Shown here: positions 6,407 to 12,001 of the stretch, in pieces
Layout of the letters: each line of letters begins with the position of its first letter
How positions within the stretch are numbered: the stretch's first letter is position 1
Assembly (NCBI GenBank): GCA_046296715.1
Contig: JBKBIN010000041.1
Coordinates: forward strand, 1-12,001
Origin: Candidatus Ratteibacteria bacterium
GTDB lineage: Bacteria > Ratteibacteria > UBA8468 > B48-G9 > JAFGKM01
DNA: 12,001 bases
Direction: 5' to 3'
The notes under the pieces: model-generated
Told to the model about the DNA's origin: nothing
Seen by the model: only the letters and a program-made list of their open reading frames with translations
The model's database searches: none
Position numbers and translations under genes: made by a program

Positions 6407-7546
6407 ATGTCAAACATCTTTGTTCCCTATCGCATTTGTCCTCTTGGCGCACATATTGACCACCAAAAAGGGAAAGTTTTAGGAATAACTATTGATAGGG
6501 GAACCATTTTGAAATTTAGAAAAAGAAAAGATAGTAAGATAAAAATAAAAAGTATAAATTTTAATGAAGAAGTTGAATTTAATATAAATGAAATATCAGA
6601 AAAAAATGAAAAATGGTGTGACTTATTAAAAGGTTGTGTTTATGTTTTAAAAAAATATTTCAATATAAAAAATGGAATAGAAGGAGAAATTTACGGACAA
6701 TTACCAAGTGGAGGTATTGGTTCTTCCGCTTCAACTGGACTTTGTTATTTACTTTCTTTACAATATGTCAATAATATAAAAGTTTCAAAAGAAGAAAATA
6801 TTTCTTTATTCCAGAAAGTTGAAAATGAATATTTAGGAGTTAAAAGTGGAATTTTAGATCAATCAACAATTTTATTGAGTAATAAAAATAAAAATTCAAT
6901 CCTTTATCTTGATTGTAAGGATATGAAATATGAAAATATTAAATCAACTAAAAAACTTGATTATTCAATAGTTATGGTTTATTCAGGAATTGAAAAAGTA
7001 TTATATCAGACAAATTATAACAAAAGAGTTGAAGAATGTAAAATGATAGGAAAAAAAATTGGGAAATTTATGGGTAAGAAATTGAAAGATGAAATTTTTT
7101 TAAGAGATATTAATAAAGAAACTTTTATAAAATATAAAGAAAAGTTACCTGAAAATTTAAGAAAAAGAGGACAACATTTTTACAGTGAAATGGATAGGGT
7201 TGAAAAAGGAATAAAACTTTGGCAAACTGGAGAGATTGAACAATTTGGGAAATTAATTAAAGAATCTGGAGAAAGTTCAATAAAAAATTATGAATGCGGT
7301 GCAGAACAATTGATTAAAATATATGAAATCTTAAATTCTATTGAAGGTGTTTATGGAGCAAGGTTTTCAGGTGCTGGTTTTCGTGGTTGGTGCTTTGGAT
7401 TTATTAAAAATAATGAAAAAATAAAAAAGAAAGTAAAAGAGACACTACAAAATGAATATTTAAAAATTTATCCTCAATATGCTTCTAATTTTAAAATAAT
7501 ATTTGTAGATAAAAAAAGAGAGATTGATTTTAATTTATCTGGTTAA
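6407..7546 (+). CDS. GHMP sugar kinase of the galactokinase family, galacturonokinase (GalAK)-like
   Basis: Motifs are PYRICPLGAHIDHQ, the ATP loop PSGGIGSSAS, ENEYLGVKSGILDQ, YNKRVEEC, SSIKNYECG and GVYGARFSGAGFRG. ATG 6407, one base after the upstream stop, is more likely than TTG 6368. Confidence 0.9.
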   Translation: MSNIFVPYRICPLGAHIDHQKGKVLGITIDRGTILKFRKRKDSKIKIKSINFNEEVEFNINEISEKNEKWCDLLKGCVYVLKKYFNIKNGIEGEIYGQLPSGGIGSSASTGLCYLLSLQYVNNIKVSKEENISLFQKVENEYLGVKSGILDQSTILLSNKNKNSILYLDCKDMKYENIKSTKKLDYSIVMVYSGIEKVLYQTNYNKRVEECKMIGKKIGKFMGKKLKDEIFLRDINKETFIKYKEKLPENLRKRGQHFYSEMDRVEKGIKLWQTGEIEQFGKLIKESGESSIKNYECGAEQLIKIYEILNSIEGVYGARFSGAGFRGWCFGFIKNNEKIKKKVKETLQNEYLKIYPQYASNFKIIFVDKKREIDFNLSG

Positions 7547-8545
7547 TGAAATTTTAGGGATAACCTCTGGATTTTCAACACATTCTGGAAATTTCTTTTC
7601 TACAAAAACCTTTCTTAAATTTTCAACTGTAAAATCACCCATTTTTTTAATTGTTTGATAAGTATATCTTCCAAGATGTGGCATAATTACAACATTTTTA
7701 AATTTTAAAAGTGGATTTTCTTTGAATATTTGTCGAATTTCTATTGCATCTTCAGCATAACCACCAATCTTTCCTGATTTAAGATATTTTATAAGAGATT
7801 TTTCTTCTATTAAGTCTCTGTGAGATGTATTAACAATAATAACTCCATCTTTCATTAAACTTAATTCCTCTTCTTTTATCATATTATATGTTTTTTCATT
7901 TAATGGACAGTGAAATGAAATAATATCGCAATTTTTACAAATTTCTTTCAAATTAGAGGGAATTGCTCCTTTCTTTTTAATTTCTTCTGTTGAAAGTAGT
8001 GGATCATAAGCATAGATATTCATACCAAAACCATTTTTTAGAATTTCACAAACCCTTGTTCCTACATTTCCAATTCCAAAAAGTCCTACATTTTTTCCTT
8101 TTAATTCAATCCCAACAAGTTCTATCCTCTTTCCCCATATTTCATTTTTCATAAACTCATAGTTCTGATTTAGTTTTCTTGCCATTAAAATTATTAGACC
8201 TATTGTATATTCAGCCATTGCATCTTTTTGAATTTCTAAAGGAAATCTACAAACAATTATATTGTTCTCTGTTGCTCCTTTTATATCAACATTTGAATCT
8301 GCAATACCATGTCTTGATATAACTACAAGTTTTTGTAAATTTTTAAGAATATTTTTTGAATAAAAAGGAGAAAGACCTACAATTAAACCATCAAATTCAG
8401 AAAGTTGCTCTATTATTTTCTTTTCAGAAATATCAATAGGTAAATTAATTCTTTTAACTTCAGAAAATTCTTTTAATTTTTCAATATGTTCAGGATAAAT
8501 TATCCCAAAACTTGTAGAATTAACAATGCCTAATTTATATCTCAT
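7535..8545 (-). CDS. D-isomer-specific 2-hydroxyacid dehydrogenase family protein (NAD-binding)
   Basis: Motifs are ISRHGI..NVD, AMAEY, ELKGKNVGLFGIGNVG (GxGxxG), AYDP, ISFHCPL, IVNT and MPHLG. An AGGAG ribosome site lies upstream. It overlaps the upstream gene by 11 bp. Confidence 0.9.
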   Translation of the reverse strand: MRYKLGIVNSTSFGIIYPEHIEKLKEFSEVKRINLPIDISEKKIIEQLSEFDGLIVGLSPFYSKNILKNLQKLVVISRHGIADSNVDIKGATENNIIVCRFPLEIQKDAMAEYTIGLIILMARKLNQNYEFMKNEIWGKRIELVGIELKGKNVGLFGIGNVGTRVCEILKNGFGMNIYAYDPLLSTEEIKKKGAIPSNLKEICKNCDIISFHCPLNEKTYNMIKEEELSLMKDGVIIVNTSHRDLIEEKSLIKYLKSGKIGGYAEDAIEIRQIFKENPLLKFKNVVIMPHLGRYTYQTIKKMGDFTVENLRKVFVEKKFPECVENPEVIPKISLTR

Positions 8546-9800
8546 TTTCTTCTCTCCTGTAAAGTTTATCTATATCTGGAATATAGCCATCCTTTCTTCT
8601 GTATAAAACTTCTCCTGCATTTTTTACTACTAAAATACCCTCTTTTTCTCTATTTTCAAATTCTTCTATTTTTATCTTATTATAATCAATATACCCTAAA
8701 TTTACTTTTTTACAAATTTCTTCTGGAATTGATGTAGCAAGTATAACTTCAATTCTTGGTTTTTCAATTCCATTTATATATGTTCCAATTCCTTTTACAT
8801 GAGTTGAATGAGCAAGAATACAACCAGGATAGTTTTTAAATCTTTCCCATTGTTTCAAAAAATAATCTCTTGTATGATATCCAACTTCTAAAAGATATTT
8901 CCCATGTGTATATGAAATTTCTTTAACATGTGGAGCATAAATTATCAATTTCCCGCCATCATTAACAACTGGTTCAAGTTTATACATACATTTTCCTGCT
9001 GTCCAAATATCATCATACATTTCTGGTGAAATAGAAATAACTAATTTGAAACATCTATCCACATATTCTATATTAATCTGACTTGATAAATCTGCTGCTT
9101 TTTCCCATGCCTCTACTCCCCCAACAAAGAGACCAAAAACCTTTTTATCTTTTATAACACTACAAATCAGAGTTTTAGGAAGTTTAATAAATTCAGTCGC
9201 AATATTTATAAGTTTTCTAACAGGTGTATTTTTAAAACCATTTATTTTGGGATTTGTTATTAAAGCACCAAGCCAATGAAATTTATTTAAGAATTCAGGT
9301 CCTGATATACCTGGAAAGAAATACTTATAACCACCAGAAAAACCAACTACTTCATGAGGAAAAACTGGACCATAAATTATTATCTCATCATAATCAAAAA
9401 TTAAAGAATTGACTTTAATTTCAATATCCTCCTTCATTAAACCATTGGTTATATTTTCAACAATCTCTTTTTTTATAATTCCAGTCAGTTTTAGATTTTT
9501 AGAATTATTCCATTGATGTTGATATATATTTACAAATTTCAATTCATCCTTTATACTAAGAAAACTTTTTATTTTCTCCTCTGGCATCAAAGGATGTGTT
9601 CCAAGAGCAATCAAAAAATCAAGTTTTTTAACTTTTTTATATAAAATATCAATTATTGTTTTGAAAAAAAAGGAAGTAGGACCTGACCTTGTATTATCTG
9701 GAATTATCACTATTACTTTTTTCCCTTTAAATTCTTTTTTTTCTAAACCATCTTTTAATATACCATATATTTCTTCTTCTAAAAGTTTTTTTTCACTCAT
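8535..9800 (-). CDS. LarA-superfamily (lactate racemase domain) nickel-pincer-dependent racemase/epimerase
   Basis: Motifs are IIPDNTRS, IALGTH, QHQW, PHEVVGFSGGYKYFFPGI, KFHWLG and KLEPVVNDGG. These are the D..R, GTH, catalytic His, SGGxK and Ni-His motifs of LarA homologues. Confidence 0.88.
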   Translation of the reverse strand: MSEKKLLEEEIYGILKDGLEKKEFKGKKVIVIIPDNTRSGPTSFFFKTIIDILYKKVKKLDFLIALGTHPLMPEEKIKSFLSIKDELKFVNIYQHQWNNSKNLKLTGIIKKEIVENITNGLMKEDIEIKVNSLIFDYDEIIIYGPVFPHEVVGFSGGYKYFFPGISGPEFLNKFHWLGALITNPKINGFKNTPVRKLINIATEFIKLPKTLICSVIKDKKVFGLFVGGVEAWEKAADLSSQINIEYVDRCFKLVISISPEMYDDIWTAGKCMYKLEPVVNDGGKLIIYAPHVKEISYTHGKYLLEVGYHTRDYFLKQWERFKNYPGCILAHSTHVKGIGTYINGIEKPRIEVILATSIPEEICKKVNLGYIDYNKIKIEEFENREKEGILVVKNAGEVLYRRKDGYIPDIDKLYRREENEI

Positions 9801-9825
9801 CTCTATTCCCTTTCAAATAAATATT

Positions 9826-10428
9826 TTACTTCTTCTTTGATAATAAATCCACTATAATTAACACAAGAGCACTTCTTATCACTAAGGACAAAATAACTAA
9901 AAATAAAAAAGTTGAAAAAGTATAAAAAATATTTTTATGTCTTACAAATGAAATAATAAATGGGGTTTGGCTTTTATAAACTAAATATTCGTTTCCAAAT
10001 CTTTTTAAAAGAACTTTTTCCTCAATTAATTTTGAATAAATATAAATAAAAATTACCACACCAACTGAAAGAAATAAAAAGGAAATATTCCTCATTAGAA
10101 AACCAAAAGCAAAAAATAAGAAAGAATATCCCAGATACATAGGGTTCCTACAAAAACTATAAACACTATCTTTTACAAGTTTTTCAGGTGGATCATTTGG
10201 TAATATGGTCCCCTTTCCAATTCTATGAAGTGCCCAACATGAATGGAATGTAAAATATAAACCATAAAGTAAATAAATTAAAAATACCAAAATCCGTATA
10301 AATATACTTTCTGGAAATAAGAAAAAATATTTTTCATCTTTTGGTAAAAAAAAATAAAACAATATAGGAAGTAATATCCATTCCCATAAAACGCCAAGAA
10401 AAACATTAAAATTTCTTATCTTTTTCAT
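9826..10428 (-). CDS. Isoprenylcysteine carboxyl methyltransferase/phospholipid methyltransferase (ICMT/PEMT) family membrane protein
   Basis: Several TM helices carry GKGTILPNDPPEKLV..VYSFCRNPMYLG and EEKVLLKRFGNEY..YK..TP. The real start is probably ATG 10428, which overlaps the upstream stop (ATGA), and not 10503. Confidence 0.85.
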   Translation of the reverse strand: MKKIRNFNVFLGVLWEWILLPILFYFFLPKDEKYFFLFPESIFIRILVFLIYLLYGLYFTFHSCWALHRIGKGTILPNDPPEKLVKDSVYSFCRNPMYLGYSFLFFAFGFLMRNISFLFLSVGVVIFIYIYSKLIEEKVLLKRFGNEYLVYKSQTPFIISFVRHKNIFYTFSTFLFLVILSLVIRSALVLIIVDLLSKKK

Positions 10429-10883
10429 TTTTTGAATCTTATCAACAAAATATATGTAATTAAAAAAGTTAAAATCGCTGACCAAAAAGCACAGAAAAAA
10501 CATCCAATAATTAAAGGCCTACCAATTTTAATAACTGAATAATATAAAAAATTCTTTATAGTTTTAAAATCATTTATTGAAAAATCCATTTTCGTCCTTA
10601 AAAGAATTGTTCCTATTTTATAACAAAGATAATATGTAAAAGGTATTTGATAAGGAATACCTGTTGGTATTGAACTTCCAATAAATGTAACTATAAAACT
10701 TAAATTGAACAATTTTGAAAATAAATAACATAAAATTGTTTGAAATCCAATAGTAGGAGTAAAATCAATAAAAATACCAGTGGATAAAGACATAGCAATA
10801 TTCAACGGTCTATCTTTTAGAATATTTTGTTCTCTATTCCATTCTTTCTTTAAATACCTAAAAGTTGTATATTTAATATTCAA
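10425..10883 (-). CDS. DUF2062-like membrane protein
   Basis: The pattern P..IAMSLSTGIFI.FTPTIGFQT...IPFTYYLCYKIG..LL...PLIIG matches DUF2062 proteins. The TTG start has a GGGAGG ribosome site about 9 nt upstream. Confidence 0.8.
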   Translation of the reverse strand: MNIKYTTFRYLKKEWNREQNILKDRPLNIAMSLSTGIFIDFTPTIGFQTILCYLFSKLFNLSFIVTFIGSSIPTGIPYQIPFTYYLCYKIGTILLRTKMDFSINDFKTIKNFLYYSVIKIGRPLIIGCFFCAFWSAILTFLITYILLIRFKK

Positions 10884-12001
10884 TCTTTATAACCTCCCAA
10901 GGAATAAAATCATAATTTTATATTACCAATTTTTATATTTGCTGAGAAAAATAGGTACTCAGGATAATTTATATCCTCGTATTTTATTTTGAAATTAAAT
11001 TTATCTTTTAATTTTTCATACTTAAGTTGATTTGTAGGTGTTAAATAATTTAAAGAAGTCAAAATTTCATTTTCTTTTTTCAAATTTATTTTTATTTTGG
11101 GTATTTTTGAAAACTCAATTTGTTTCTTAAAAGGAAAGGAGAATAAAAAACATAATAGGTAAGTAGAATTGTTTTCTTTTTATGTATAAACTCAACTTCT
11201 AAAAACTCTCTTTTATTTTTTAAGTTTACATAAAATGGTAAAGGAAATATTTTTATATTCATTATATTCTGCTTCTTTTTCACTCTCCATAATTAATATT
11301 ACTTTTTAATTTCAAATCATTTTCTTTATAAAAAATTTTATTGCTTTTAACAAAAGAATAAAACCAGTTTTTTTTAAATATTGTCTGAGATTTAAAACAT
11401 TTCAAGGCAACTTTTTTATTTCCTTTTTCTTTTTCATCAAGAAAATATTGTAAATTTCAAAATTAGAGAAAATATCAGGTAAAATTAATTTTTCTGATTT
11501 ACCTGGATAATTTTTAAAATGGATTAATAAAAATTTCTGGTTTTATTTCTTGCTCTAAAATTGCCGCCCTAATAAAATTATAAAGTGCTCTATGGTCAAC
11601 ATTAGTATCATAAGGTGAACTTACAAATATCTTTGTTGGTTTTATATCTTCAAGTATCTTTTCAATATCAGTTAAAATACTTTCACCTATATATGGTTTT
11701 CCAAAAGAATAATTTTCCTTATAAGGGACATAACTTGTTCTTGTTAAAAAACTCCTATAAGGTTTCTTATTTTCTCCCCAATAATTTTCCCAGATTTTCA
11801 GAGTTCCAAAATCTGGATAACCTAAAAATATTAAATTTTTTTTAGGAATTCCTAAAATTTCTGTTGCCTTTGTTGATTCTTTTCTTCTTATTTCACCAAG
11901 TTTGATATAGTCAATCGGATTTAAAATAATCTTTTTTTCATAAACTCTGTAAGGCAATTGATTATGGTCACCATTTGTTAAATAAATAATATATACTTTG
12001 C
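10873..12001 (-). pseudogene. PIG-L/LmbE-family deacetylase, 5'-truncated by the window, with multiple frameshifts in its 3' half (pseudogene or sequence errors)
   Basis: The frame is open from the window edge through YLTNGDHN, RRKESTKA..ILG, FLGYPDFG and DTNVDHRA. After ~11530 the expected continuation appears in successive different frames: LIHFKNYP, KKVALKCFKSQ, FPFKKQIEFSKIPKI...YPEYLFFS and YDFIPWEVIKIEY-stop (10873). Confidence 0.8.

Noticed and set aside
10780..11845. ORFs 10780..10992 (+), 11615..11845 (+) and 11092..11283 (-) as independent genes
   Set aside because: The + ORFs are antisense shadows. The - ORF is best read as a fragment of the frameshifted deacetylase.

Overview
Very AT-rich bacterial DNA with two tightly packed, convergent gene runs. 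The + strand (1-7546) is a type IV pilus/T2SS-like assembly cluster. It contains the 3' part of a major-type pilin, PilM-, PilN-, PilO- and PilP-like proteins, a compact secretin, and PilV-, PilW- and PilX-like minor pilins. A GHMP kinase follows immediately and carries the motifs of plant galacturonokinase rather than canonical GalK. The PilW-like gene looks split: its N-terminal half stops at 4824, and a 52-bp gap with a sigma70-like promoter follows. Its probable C-terminal half then reappears inside a predicted lipoprotein with Pro-rich and Gly/Ser-rich flanks. The - strand (12001-7535) carries a multiply frameshifted PIG-L-family deacetylase, a DUF2062-like membrane protein, an ICMT/PEMT-family methyltransferase, a LarA-superfamily (nickel-pincer) racemase/epimerase, and a D-2-hydroxyacid dehydrogenase with altered catalytic residues. 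I saw no rRNA, tRNA, CRISPR array or transposase. All family calls come from motif recognition by eye, not from database searches.
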